A DNA stretch of 55,929 bases, from contig JAGOUX010000004.1 in assembly GCA_018061035.1 (NCBI GenBank), positions 1 through 55,929 of the forward strand, read 5' to 3'. Below the pieces are notes generated by a model. The model was not told the origin of the DNA, searched no databases, and saw only the letters and a list, made by a program, of their open reading frames with translations. Shown piece after piece: positions 9,450 to 18,532 of the stretch (positions are counted from its first letter, which is position 1; every line of letters begins with the position of its first letter). This DNA is from Minisyncoccota bacterium (GTDB taxonomy: Bacteria; Patescibacteriota; Minisyncoccia; Phycocordibacterales; UBA9973). The translations under genes and the position numbers were made by a program.

Positions 9450-9560
9450 ATGAAAATCAAATCATCAATCAAAAAAATATGCAGTAATTGCAAACTGGTC
9501 AAGCGAGCACGACATTTGAGAGTGATTTGTGTTAACCCTAAGCATAAGCAAAAACAATAA
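9450..9560 (+). CDS. rpmJ: 50S ribosomal protein L36
   Basis: Hand translation gives [36 protein letters not shown] (36 aa, below the track cutoff). It sits in the canonical position between infA and rpsM. Confidence 0.9.
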   Translation: MKIKSSIKKICSNCKLVKRARHLRVICVNPKHKQKQ

Positions 9561-9564
9561 TTTT

Positions 9565-9948
9565 ATGATGAGAATTCTTGGTATCACAGTTCCAAACGAA
9601 AAAAGATTAGAAATTGGCCTTACCGTCCTCTACGGTATTGGCATTCCGAAGGCTCGCAAGATTCTCGACCAAGTCGGAATCGAGCACGGACGAAAAGCCA
9701 AGGATCTTTCAGAAGAAGAAGAAAACAAGATCCGAACTATCGTTGAAGGTATCACTATCGAAGGTAACCTCAAGCGAGAAGTAGCCGCAAACATCAAACG
9801 TCTCAAAGATATCAAAAGCTACCGAGGAGTCAGACACATGAAAAGACTACCAGTACGCGGACAGAGAACAAAGACCAACTCACGAACTATCCGAGGAAAC
9901 GTACGAAAGACAATGGCAAGCGGTAAGAGAAAGGAAAGTAAGACATAA
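9565..9948 (+). CDS. rpsM: 30S ribosomal protein S13
   Basis: MMRILGITVPNEKRLEIGLTVLYGIGIPKARKIL. The ATG at 9565 is preferred over the upstream track start. Confidence 0.95.
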   Translation: MMRILGITVPNEKRLEIGLTVLYGIGIPKARKILDQVGIEHGRKAKDLSEEEENKIRTIVEGITIEGNLKREVAANIKRLKDIKSYRGVRHMKRLPVRGQRTKTNSRTIRGNVRKTMASGKRKESKT

Positions 9949-9960
9949 AGTAAATAAAAA

Positions 9961-10389
9961 ATGGCAAAAACAAAAACAACAACTGAAGAAGAAAAAGTAG
10001 AAGCTCCAGTAGTGGCACCAGCTTCTAAGACTCCAAAGAAGAAGATTACTTCAGGTGTTTTGCATATCGAGGCTACATTTAACAATACAAAGGTTCTTTT
10101 CTCAGACAAGCTCGGTAATACATTGTTCTGGTCTAGCGCAGGATCTCTAGGATTCCGCGGTGCCAAGAAGGGAACTCCATTCGCTTCAGGTAAAGTTGGA
10201 GAAATTATTGGTTCTAAGGCTGCAGCATTAGGTGTAAAGGAGGCAGATGTAGTTGTTCTGGGAGTTGGATCAGGAAGAGAGCCTGCGATCCGAGCCTTCA
10301 TGGCTCATGGCATCGAAATCACTTCGATCAAAGACGCTACTCCAGTACCACACAATGGTCCAAAAGCTAAGAAGCCAAGACGAGTATAG
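9961..10389 (+). CDS. rpsK: 30S ribosomal protein S11
   Basis: GVLHIEATFNNT...SAGSLGFRGAKKGTPFA, in operon context. Confidence 0.95.
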   Translation: MAKTKTTTEEEKVEAPVVAPASKTPKKKITSGVLHIEATFNNTKVLFSDKLGNTLFWSSAGSLGFRGAKKGTPFASGKVGEIIGSKAAALGVKEADVVVLGVGSGREPAIRAFMAHGIEITSIKDATPVPHNGPKAKKPRRV

Positions 10390-10407
10390 TAGTTAATTTA
10401 AAATCAT

Positions 10408-11010
10408 ATGATAACCAAACCAAAATTCAAAATTTGCCGAAGACTAGGACCAGGAGTGTATGACAAATGTCAGACCACTAAGTTCGTTGCAGCTGCACCT
10501 ATGGGTGGCCCTGGAACCAAGCGTCCAAAGGCTCTTTCTGAATACGGTACACAGTTGATCGAAAAGCAGAAGATCCGATTCTCTTATGGTATCACCGAGA
10601 GACAACTCTCAAACTATGTTGCAAAGGCTATGCACATCAAGGGAGTAGGAACAGCGGACAAATTCTACGAGCAACTTGAATCTCGACTCGACAATGCTAT
10701 CTATCGTATGGGCTTAGCTCCATCACGACGCGGAGCTCGACAGATGGTATCTCATGGACACTTCATGGTGAATGGCCACAGAACTACTGTTCCTTCATAC
10801 GAACTGAAGATCGGTGATGTGATCAATATCCGAGAAGGTTCTAAGAGCAAGAAACTTTTTGATAATATGGCAGAAAAGCTGAAAGATTATAACGCTCCAA
10901 AATGGCTTACATTTGATATAAGCAAGCAGGAAGGAAAGATAGTTGAGAAGCCGAAAAATATCGAGACATTCCTAGACCTAAACGCTGTATTGGAATTTTA
11001 TAGTCGTTAA
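10408..11010 (+). CDS. rpsD: 30S ribosomal protein S4
   Basis: YGTQLIEKQKIRFSYGITERQ...LESRLDNAIYRMG (S4 domain). Confidence 0.95.
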   Translation: MITKPKFKICRRLGPGVYDKCQTTKFVAAAPMGGPGTKRPKALSEYGTQLIEKQKIRFSYGITERQLSNYVAKAMHIKGVGTADKFYEQLESRLDNAIYRMGLAPSRRGARQMVSHGHFMVNGHRTTVPSYELKIGDVINIREGSKSKKLFDNMAEKLKDYNAPKWLTFDISKQEGKIVEKPKNIETFLDLNAVLEFYSR

Positions 11011-11075
11011 AAAATAACGTTTCCCGCCATAGGCGGACAAGTATTATTAATTAAAATTAGCTTTTAAAAAAAAAT

Positions 11076-12035
11076 ATGCCTGAATATAAAATAATTATGC
11101 CTTCTAAGCCTCGAGTAGTCTTGGAAGAAGGAAATAAAGGAGTTTTTGAAATCGATGGCCTTTACCCAGGCTATGGTCATACTCTTGGCAACTCACTACG
11201 AAGAATAATCCTCTCATCTCTTCCTGGATCTAGTGTTACTTCTATAAAAATAGACGGAGTATCTCACGAGTTTTCTACTCTAGAAGGTGTAAAGGAGGAC
11301 GTAATTGTTCTTATTTTAAATCTAAAAAAGACACGTTTCAAAATGCTTTCTGACGAGCCTCAGACAGTTACTCTATCTGTAAAGGGTCCAAAGGAAGTTC
11401 TCGCATCTGACATCAAGACTGGTGGTCAGGTTGAGATCCTAAACGGCGACCTTCACATTGCTGAAGTTACAGGCAAGGTGAATTTGAATATTGAAATGAA
11501 GATCGAGAAAGGCCTCGGTTTCATCTCTAAGGAAATGGTTCAGAAGGACAAGGTAGATATCGGTACTATTGCTGTAGACGCTATCTTTACCCCTATCCGC
11601 CGTGTTGCTTACGAAGTTGAGAACATGCGTGTCGGTGACCGAACAAACCACAACCGTCTTCGAATCTCTATCGAGACAGATGGTACTCTTTCTCCACGTG
11701 AAGCTCTTTCACAGTCTATCGTTCTTATGATCAACCAGCTCAAAGCTATTGTTGATTTTAAAGAAGTAGAAGAGGAAGCAACTCCAGTTAAGTCTGAAGA
11801 AAAGGAAGAAGAGAAGAAGGGTGATGATTTCAGCGATGTTTTGAAGACCCGAACAGATACCCTCGACCTTTCTACCCGAACATTGAATGCTCTTACTGCT
11901 GCGAACATCCGCACACTTGGCGGCTTGGCTCGCAAGAAGCGAGAGGATCTTCTCGAAGTAGAAGGCATCGGCGAGAAGGGTATTACAGAAATCAAGAAAG
12001 TATTAGGTAAGTTCGGCCTTAATTTAAAGGAATAA
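11076..12035 (+). CDS. rpoA: DNA-directed RNA polymerase subunit alpha
   Basis: GYGHTLGNSLRRILLSSLPG in the N-terminal domain and LDLSTRTLNAL in the C-terminal domain. Confidence 0.95.
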   Translation: MPEYKIIMPSKPRVVLEEGNKGVFEIDGLYPGYGHTLGNSLRRIILSSLPGSSVTSIKIDGVSHEFSTLEGVKEDVIVLILNLKKTRFKMLSDEPQTVTLSVKGPKEVLASDIKTGGQVEILNGDLHIAEVTGKVNLNIEMKIEKGLGFISKEMVQKDKVDIGTIAVDAIFTPIRRVAYEVENMRVGDRTNHNRLRISIETDGTLSPREALSQSIVLMINQLKAIVDFKEVEEEATPVKSEEKEEEKKGDDFSDVLKTRTDTLDLSTRTLNALTAANIRTLGGLARKKREDLLEVEGIGEKGITEIKKVLGKFGLNLKE

Positions 12036-12110
12036 TGTTATACTTGTCCCGTTAGAAATCCAACATACGGGGCAATAAGATGAAATTTATTAATTAAAAT
12101 TTTTAATGGG

Positions 12111-12464
12111 ATGAGACACGGAAATAACAAAAGAAAATTCGGAAGAGAGAAAAATGAAAGAGCTGCGCTCTTGAAGTCTTTGGCGCTCAATTTGATCGTG
12201 CGCGAGAAGATCAAGACCACTCTTCCAAAAGCAAAGGAACTACGACCATTCATCGAGAAGCTTGTGACCCGTGCAAAGAAAGGCGATCTTGCAACACGAA
12301 GACAGATCATCGCCAAGCTTACAAACCGAAGCAAGGAGACCAAGAAGCTTTTTGAGGTCATTGCTCCGAAGTATAAAGGCATAAGTGGAGGATACACCAG
12401 AGTATTGAAATTAGGAGCCCGCAAGTCTGACGGCGCACCGATGGCTATAATAGAATTTGTATAA
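12111..12464 (+). CDS. rplQ: 50S ribosomal protein L17
   Basis: MRHGNNKRKFGRE...GGYTRVLKLGARKSDGAPMAIIEFV. Confidence 0.95.
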   Translation: MRHGNNKRKFGREKNERAALLKSLALNLIVREKIKTTLPKAKELRPFIEKLVTRAKKGDLATRRQIIAKLTNRSKETKKLFEVIAPKYKGISGGYTRVLKLGARKSDGAPMAIIEFV

Positions 12465-12581
12465 ATATAATTAGTACCTGTCCCGTAATAAATTTTAATT
12501 ACGATACACTGATACATTAGACAAAAACAGGAGAATAGTATAGATTAACAATAATAGAAAAAATAAAATTTTATTACCGGG

Positions 12582-12959
12582 ATGAAAACAATGAACAAGA
12601 AAGCAATAAATAGAGAAGTAAAGACTATCGACGCAAACGGCCGAACACTTGGACGCGTAGCGACAGAGGTGGCAATGAACCTAATGGGTAAGACCAAGGC
12701 TACTTTCGAGCGAAATGCGTACACTGGCTTTCCTGTAGTAGTTGTAAATGCTTCAAAGCTTCGCATCACTGCAAAGAAGCTTGCTGAGATCTTCCACACA
12801 CGATATTCAGGTATCCCAGGAGGTCTACGAGTAATCCACGGTAAGGAGACAGCAGAGAAAGAGGGTCTAAAGGAGTTGATCAAGTTGGCAACATACCAGA
12901 TGCTTCCAGACAACAAGATCCGCCGACAGATGATGAAGAATTTAACAGTTCAAGACTAA
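12582..12959 (+). CDS. rplM: 50S ribosomal protein L13
   Basis: IDANGRTLGRVATEVA...HTRYSGIPGG. Confidence 0.9.
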   Translation: MKTMNKKAINREVKTIDANGRTLGRVATEVAMNLMGKTKATFERNAYTGFPVVVVNASKLRITAKKLAEIFHTRYSGIPGGLRVIHGKETAEKEGLKELIKLATYQMLPDNKIRRQMMKNLTVQD

Positions 12960-12966
12960 ATATTAT

Positions 12967-13386
12967 ATGGAGAAAAAAGCAAAAGATAAATACATAGAGG
13001 CTGTAGGACGAAGAAAGACTTCGACTGCGCGCGTTCGAATCAATGAAGCAAGCAAAGCGAGCTTTACTGTGAACGACCAGGATGCGAAGGATTACTTCAA
13101 AACCGAAGGCGAGCGCCGACTTATCCAGGACCCTATAGCGAAGGGTGTGCTTGAGTCAAAGGCCGGAGTAAAGTGGAATATCGAAGTCCATGTTATGGGC
13201 GGAGGTACTCACTCTCAGGCTGAAGCAGTACGCCACGGACTATCCCGAGCACTCGTAGAAACTGACGCAGAATTCAGACCTAAATTAAAGACCCTTGGAT
13301 TCCTAAAAAGAGATCCTCGAGCCAAGGAGCGCCGAAAATTCGGACTCAAGAAAGCTCGAAAAGCCCCTCAATGGAGTAAACGTTAG
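12967..13386 (+). CDS. rpsI: 30S ribosomal protein S9
   Basis: GRRKTSTARVRI...GGGTHSQAEAVRHGLSRAL...KKARKAPQWSKR. Confidence 0.95.
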   Translation: MEKKAKDKYIEAVGRRKTSTARVRINEASKASFTVNDQDAKDYFKTEGERRLIQDPIAKGVLESKAGVKWNIEVHVMGGGTHSQAEAVRHGLSRALVETDAEFRPKLKTLGFLKRDPRAKERRKFGLKKARKAPQWSKR

Positions 13387-13390
13387 AAAC

Positions 13391-13412
13391 AAGCCCCTCA
13401 CGGGGCTTTTTC
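13391..13412 (+). terminator. rho-independent terminator after rpsI
   Basis: AAGCCCC-TCAC-GGGGCTT plus T-run. Confidence 0.8.
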
Positions 13413-13497
13413 TTTTGCATTCCTAATATTGACTTTATTACTAATTATGTTATGATTATAACAGATTTTTTCCGCGCTAATTGCGCAAGGAGACTAC

Positions 13498-13932
13498 ATG
13501 TTCGAATTGTACGTTGCAATACTGGGTAGCAGCACGATCTTGGCTGTCGTCATGGCCCTCGTGGTGATCTACCTCGAAATAACCAAGGGTCTGAGCGGCC
13601 TTGCCGTCGCAGTCAACAAGCTTGTGGGGAGCAAGAACCTCATCATGCTTGAGCTGTATGGCTACGCGACGTTATTCTCGTGGATCGCCTTGGCCATTCC
13701 GTGGATTGACCTCTTTACGATTTCGAAGTGGGCGCATTTCGAGAACCACAACCTGCGAACCTACTTCGGGCTGATCTCGAACAACGACGCGAACTTCTAT
13801 CTTTTCGCTGTGTTCTTCGGAGTTCTTGGCTCCAAGGCGGCGTTGGCGTTCATTGATCTGGCAAAGCTTCTGCGCAAGGGTCGGGTCAAGTGCACACCAC
13901 ATGGTCCGTTCGTGTCGTGGAGCCCAGAATAA
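13498..13932 (+). CDS. hypothetical membrane protein, G+C-rich cassette ORF B
   Basis: AAGGAG lies 5 nt before the ATG. The protein has about four hydrophobic segments. An AT-rich promoter region lies upstream and a hairpin plus T-run downstream. Confidence 0.55.
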   Translation: MFELYVAILGSSTILAVVMALVVIYLEITKGLSGLAVAVNKLVGSKNLIMLELYGYATLFSWIALAIPWIDLFTISKWAHFENHNLRTYFGLISNNDANFYLFAVFFGVLGSKAALAFIDLAKLLRKGRVKCTPHGPFVSWSPE

Positions 13933-14019
13933 ATTCTGCACACATGGCGGGTGAGACAAAAGTAAGTTGTTTCGCCCACCAGTAATAAAACGCCGCTCGG
14001 CGTATCTCCGAGCAATAGA

Positions 14020-14058
14020 AAGCCAGGACACCGAAAGGAAATATGTCACTGGCTTTTT
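14020..14058 (+). terminator. terminator of cassette B, related to the module-family terminator
   Basis: GAAAGCCAGGACACCGAAAGGAAATATGTCACTGGCTTTTT resembles GAAAGCCAGCAACACTCGAAAGGAGGAAATGTTGCTGGCTTTTT at 49961-50005. Confidence 0.7.
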
Positions 14059-14111
14059 AAATTTCTAATATTTTTTGGACCTGTCCGCCTCTAGCGGGAG
14101 GGGTCTTTTTA

Positions 14112-14120
14112 TGCTAAAAT
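14112..14120 (+). promoter_or_regulatory. extended -10 box, leaderless-type (grpE operon)
   Basis: TGCTAAAAT, 6 nt, ATG 14127. Confidence 0.6.
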
Positions 14121-14126
14121 ACCCTT

Positions 14127-14705
14127 ATGAATGAAGATGAAGAGATAAAAACTAGCACTCCCGAAGAAGCGGAAGATGACGTTGTAGAATTCGAATTTAA
14201 TGACGACGGGGAAGAGGACCTCAAGAAAACTCTCAAGAAGCTTCGTGCTGATTTAAAAGTTGCCAAGAAAGAAAAAGAAGAATACCTCACAGGCTGGCAG
14301 AAGGAGCGGGCGGACTTTGCTAACTACAAAAAACAAGAAGAGAATCAAAAATCTCTTTTCTCAGAAGCAGTGCGCGAGCGAATACTTGGACGGTTTTTGA
14401 GCGTTATGGATAGTTTCAATATGGCCTTTGCCAACAAAGAGGCGTGGGAGAAAGTAGATCCGAATTGGCGCAAAGGAGTGGAGTATATCTACAACCAGAT
14501 GAATACAGTATTCGAGGAATATGGTGTGAAGCCGATAGGAGAAATCGGAGAAAACTTCGATCCAAATATTCATGAATCTATAGATACAGTCCCAACGGAT
14601 AAAAAAGAAGACAATCATAAAGTCGCAGCAATTATCCAGAGAGGATACAAACTAGGAGATAGAGTGATGCGTCCAGCCCGAGTCAACGTATATGAATTCC
14701 GTTAG
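14127..14705 (+). CDS. grpE: nucleotide exchange factor GrpE
   Basis: Acidic N-terminus, coiled-coil region, then FDPNIHESI...GYKLGDRVMRPARV. The start lies 6 nt after TGCTAAAAT. Confidence 0.9.
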   Translation: MNEDEEIKTSTPEEAEDDVVEFEFNDDGEEDLKKTLKKLRADLKVAKKEKEEYLTGWQKERADFANYKKQEENQKSLFSEAVRERILGRFLSVMDSFNMAFANKEAWEKVDPNWRKGVEYIYNQMNTVFEEYGVKPIGEIGENFDPNIHESIDTVPTDKKEDNHKVAAIIQRGYKLGDRVMRPARVNVYEFR

Positions 14706-14718
14706 AGATTAAATAGTT

Positions 14719-14979
14719 ATGTACTACACTTATCTTTTACAAAGCACGAAAAATGGTAAATGGTATACTGGATGTACAAATGATTTAAGGAAACGTTTTA
14801 AGCAGCATAGCGAAAATCGGTCAACATATACAAAAAATAAAGGTCCATGGAAATTAATTTATTATGAAGCATGTTTAAGTAAAGAAGATGCGTTTGCTCG
14901 TGAGAAATGTTTAGCAACTGGTATGGGAATACGCTATCTGAAAAATCGCTTAAAATGTTTCCTATCTCTAACGGAATGA
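14719..14979 (+). CDS. GIY-YIG nuclease family protein (UPF0213-like)
   Basis: YYTYLLQS..GKWYTGCTNDLRKRFKQH. Starts 13 nt after the grpE stop. Confidence 0.8.
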   Translation: MYYTYLLQSTKNGKWYTGCTNDLRKRFKQHSENRSTYTKNKGPWKLIYYEACLSKEDAFAREKCLATGMGIRYLKNRLKCFLSLTE

Positions 14980-16697
14980 GTTCAAAAATTCCTCAAACTA
15001 AAGATTGCGTAAATTGTAAGAATAAATTTGAAATAACATCAGAGGATTTTTCCTTCTACGAAAAAATAAAAGTCCCTCCACCAACTTTCTGTTCTTGGTG
15101 TAGGTTCTTACGCAGACTAGTCTGGCGCAATGAGAGAACTTTGTACAAGCGAAACTGTAGTCTATGTAGTAAAAGCATGATCTCAATGTATTCTGAGAGT
15201 GCACCATTCCCAGTGTATTGTCATGAGTGTTGGTTTAGCGACAAATGGGAAGCAAGCTCATATGGGCGAGATTATGATTTTTCGAAGCCATTTTTCACTC
15301 AATTTAAGGAACTTCAAAACGCTGTTCCTCGATCAGCATTGTGGCAGAGGAATTGCACCAATTCAGAATACGCAAACATGGTGGCAGAGTCTAAAAATGT
15401 GTATCTCTCTGTGTCAGTCACAAATGGCAGCTCGGATGTTTTCTATTCCAAGGCGATTGATGCGTCGTTCAATATTATGGATAGCTATACCCTCAAGAGC
15501 TGTGACTCCTGCTATGAAAATCTTGAAGGTGAGAAGAATTATAATTCTCAAAATCTTGAAAATTGCCGAAACTGTATAGATTCATTTTTTCTAATTGATT
15601 GCACTAATTGCAGTAATTGCTTCATGTCATCAAATTTGCGCAACAAGCAGTATTGTCTTCGCAATCAACAGTACAGCAAAGAAGATTATTTTAAAGAATT
15701 GGAAAAGCTCAATCTCGGCAATAGAAACGAGCGTAAAATACTTATAACTGAATTTCAGGATTTGTGCGAAAGATCTATTCATCGATATGCGAATATAGTT
15801 CAAGCCCAGAATTCTACCGGAAATAATCTTTCCAATGTGAAAAATTGTCAAAATAGCTTTGATGTATATGATGCCGAAAATTATAATTATAGCTTTCGCA
15901 CATATACTTCCAAGGATTGCATGGATTACGATTACGGGCAGTCCTCTGAGCTTATGTATGAGTGTACAACAGGCGCGATGTATGATTCAAATGTAAAATT
16001 TGCATATTCTGCTACTGGCAATGTACGTGATTCGGAATATATCGATTCGTGTGTTAGTGCGACAAATCTCTTTGGTTGCATATGCATCAAGAAAGGAGAA
16101 AATATAATCTTAAACAAACCATACTCTAAGGAAGAATACGAAAAACTTCGGGAGAAAATAATTGCTCACATGAGCGAACTGCCATATATAGATCAAAAGG
16201 GAAGAAGCTATTCATATGGAGAATTTTTCCCAATGGAAGTATCCCCATTTTCATATAATGAAACAATGGCGCAAAACATGGAGCCAATAACAAAAAATGA
16301 GGCATTTGAAAGGGGTTATCCATGGAAGGATGCAGATGAAAAAAATCCCAATATAACAATTGAAACAAATAATATACCGGATAGCATAAACGAAGTAAGT
16401 GAAGAAATATTGTCTGAGGTGCTGGGTTGTGCCCACAAAGGAGAATGCAATCAACAATGCGCTGTGGGATTTCGTATTACTCAAGGAGAATTGCAATTTT
16501 ACAAGAAGTACAATATTCCACTTCCTGATCTTTGTCCAAATTGTAGATTTTATGAGCGATCCAAGAAGGTTTTGCAACCCAAACTCTATGATAGGACATG
16601 CATGAAGTGCAATGAGATAAAATTCAAGACCCCATATGCTCCTGGTAGACCAGAAATAATCTATTGTGAATCTTGCTATAATAAAGAAATATATTAA
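14976..16697 (+). CDS. Cys-rich zinc-ribbon-capped protein, paralogue 1 (unknown function)
   Basis: The ATG at 14976 overlaps the GIY-YIG stop (ATGA). CxxC modules sit at the N- and C-termini and the protein ends YCESCYNKEIY. Paralogous to 18522..20192 and 20192..21922. Confidence 0.75.
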   Translation: MSSKIPQTKDCVNCKNKFEITSEDFSFYEKIKVPPPTFCSWCRFLRRLVWRNERTLYKRNCSLCSKSMISMYSESAPFPVYCHECWFSDKWEASSYGRDYDFSKPFFTQFKELQNAVPRSALWQRNCTNSEYANMVAESKNVYLSVSVTNGSSDVFYSKAIDASFNIMDSYTLKSCDSCYENLEGEKNYNSQNLENCRNCIDSFFLIDCTNCSNCFMSSNLRNKQYCLRNQQYSKEDYFKELEKLNLGNRNERKILITEFQDLCERSIHRYANIVQAQNSTGNNLSNVKNCQNSFDVYDAENYNYSFRTYTSKDCMDYDYGQSSELMYECTTGAMYDSNVKFAYSATGNVRDSEYIDSCVSATNLFGCICIKKGENIILNKPYSKEEYEKLREKIIAHMSELPYIDQKGRSYSYGEFFPMEVSPFSYNETMAQNMEPITKNEAFERGYPWKDADEKNPNITIETNNIPDSINEVSEEILSEVLGCAHKGECNQQCAVGFRITQGELQFYKKYNIPLPDLCPNCRFYERSKKVLQPKLYDRTCMKCNEIKFKTPYAPGRPEIIYCESCYNKEIY

Positions 16698-16699
16698 TC

Positions 16700-18532
16700 A
16701 TGGTGACCGATATAAAACAAAAGAATACATACTTTTCTTGGCTGGATGTGTCTAAGTCCATTTGGTATTTCTTAGAAGAAGACAAAAAGAAATTTATTTT
16801 TGCATTTATTGTTCTTACTCTCGGTTTCTTCTATGATCTTGTTCCAATATATGTTGTTGGTAAAATAGTAGATTTTTTCTCTACCTATCAAGCTGGAGAT
16901 TCTCTGAGGACTTTTTATCTTCTTATTATATTTCTGAGCGTAAGCTGGACACTGGTCTTAATGACTCGAGACAGGATGCGAACAGTAATACAAATAATCG
17001 GAGAAAATGCTCGTACCAAGGCTCGTACATACGGTTTTCAGCGTTTAACAGAGTTTTCTCTTGAATGGCATCAAAAGGAGAATACAGGCAATAAGTTGCA
17101 GAGAATTTTTACAGGTTCTGACTCTATCACCAGATGGATGAGGATATTACGAAGTGATTTGATAAAAATCTTTGCAGATATTGTTGGTGCGGCAGTATTT
17201 TTTGCTTTCACCGATTATAAATTTATTCTTGTTGTTTTGTTCTATGCAATAATTTATCTATATGTGGAATTCTATTTTAGTAACAAGCTTATGGCTTTAA
17301 GTGATGAATTCAACACACATAACCAAAACGCCGGAGGAACATACATAGAATCTGCGAATAACATGCTTGCGATAAAGGCACTAGGAAGCGAAAAAGGTGC
17401 CATTGCTAGAGTGGCCGAAAGAGAAAAGTTGTCTAGAGATACAGCAGCGAAGAAAGTTCGAGTGCAGACTTCTCAGTGGAAACTTTTACATATTTTAATG
17501 GGTCTTTCTCTATTATTATTTTTGTATTTTATTGGACTATCTGTTTTGTCTGGTCAAATTACCATAGGGCTAGTTTTGGTTTTGTTTACTTATTTTTCTA
17601 AACTACAATCTTCTTTGGCGAATGTGTCGAGTAAGCATATGGAAATCATTGATCTTCGTTCCGACCTAGGTAACATGATGCCTATATTTAAGGAAACTGA
17701 ATTAATCAAGACTGGCAATAATTCTTTCCCAAAAAATTGGGATAAGATAGAGATCAAGAATGCAGTAATGGATTACGGGTCAGGGCAAATGGGGCTTAAA
17801 GACTTCAGTCTTACATTAGAGAGAGGCACCAAGACAGGAGTAGCTGGATTGTCGGGAAGCGGAAAGTCTACTTTGGCTAAAATAATTTTAGGACTATACG
17901 CCCTTAAGGAAGGTAAATTCAAGGTCGGGAATCAAAGTTATTACAATATTTCACACAACGAAACTCTAAATAATATCACTGTGGTTCTACAGGAAACAGA
18001 GCTCTTCAATCTGTCGCTTAAAGACAATATTACTATGATGCGAGGTGAAGACATTGAGCTTTTGAATCAGGCAATAGAAATTTCTCAGCTAAAAGAAGTT
18101 ATAAACAAATTACCTGATGGACTCAATTCTATGGTAGGCGAGAAGGGCTATATGCTCTCTGGTGGAGAGCGTCAGAGGCTTGGTATTGCTCGAGCAATAT
18201 ACAAGAATTCTCCTATCATCATTCTAGATGAAGCTACTTCTTCTTTGGATTCTGAAACAGAAGGCAAGGTTATGGAGAAGCTCCTTGGTGCCTATGGGAA
18301 AGGCAAGACTTTCCTAATAATTGCTCACCGTTTAGGTACGCTCAAATATACAGACAATATTGCAGTGATGGAAGATGGGAGGGTTTTAGAGGAGGGGAAT
18401 TATGATGAGCTAATGAACAACAAAGATTCTATATTTTGTAGAATGAATTCCGTTAGAATCCGTGAAGGCTTGGAACGTGCTTCTGCCTCTAATGGAATGA
18501 ACAAAGTACAGAAGAAAAAAGATGGAAACTAA
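16700..18532 (+). CDS. ABC transporter, fused permease/ATPase (type I exporter-like)
   Basis: N-terminal half has multiple TM helices. Walker A GLSGSGKST, signature LSGGERQR, Walker B IIILDEATS. Confidence 0.9.
   Translation: MVTDIKQKNTYFSWLDVSKSIWYFLEEDKKKFIFAFIVLTLGFFYDLVPIYVVGKIVDFFSTYQAGDSLRTFYLLIIFLSVSWTLVLMTRDRMRTVIQIIGENARTKARTYGFQRLTEFSLEWHQKENTGNKLQRIFTGSDSITRWMRILRSDLIKIFADIVGAAVFFAFTDYKFILVVLFYAIIYLYVEFYFSNKLMALSDEFNTHNQNAGGTYIESANNMLAIKALGSEKGAIARVAEREKLSRDTAAKKVRVQTSQWKLLHILMGLSLLLFLYFIGLSVLSGQITIGLVLVLFTYFSKLQSSLANVSSKHMEIIDLRSDLGNMMPIFKETELIKTGNNSFPKNWDKIEIKNAVMDYGSGQMGLKDFSLTLERGTKTGVAGLSGSGKSTLAKIILGLYALKEGKFKVGNQSYYNISHNETLNNITVVLQETELFNLSLKDNITMMRGEDIELLNQAIEISQLKEVINKLPDGLNSMVGEKGYMLSGGERQRLGIARAIYKNSPIIILDEATSSLDSETEGKVMEKLLGAYGKGKTFLIIAHRLGTLKYTDNIAVMEDGRVLEEGNYDELMNNKDSIFCRMNSVRIREGLERASASNGMNKVQKKKDGN

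Noticed and set aside
9819-12517. Long antisense ORFs across ribosomal protein and rpoA genes: 9819..10301(-), 11609..11995(-), 12038..12517(-) and 12545..12916(-).
   Set aside because: They lie opposite unmistakable conserved r-protein and RpoA coding sequences and have low-complexity translations.
13672-14049. Antisense ORFs 13672..14049(-) and 13797..14015(-) in island B.
   Set aside because: They have no SD or promoter, they cross the terminator region, and the plus-strand ORF has coherent TM-helix content.
13422-14072. A short direct repeat CTAATATT (13423-13430 and 14065-14072) flanking island B, considered as a target-site duplication.
   Set aside because: An 8-nt AT-rich word is expected by chance in these intergenic regions, and no terminal inverted repeats are present.
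14907-14975. The upstream extension of Cys-rich paralogue 1 (track start 14907), and the similar extension of paralogue 3 (20168).
   Set aside because: The extensions overlap the preceding genes and are not homologous among paralogues. All three align from MSSK/METK..C.NC.
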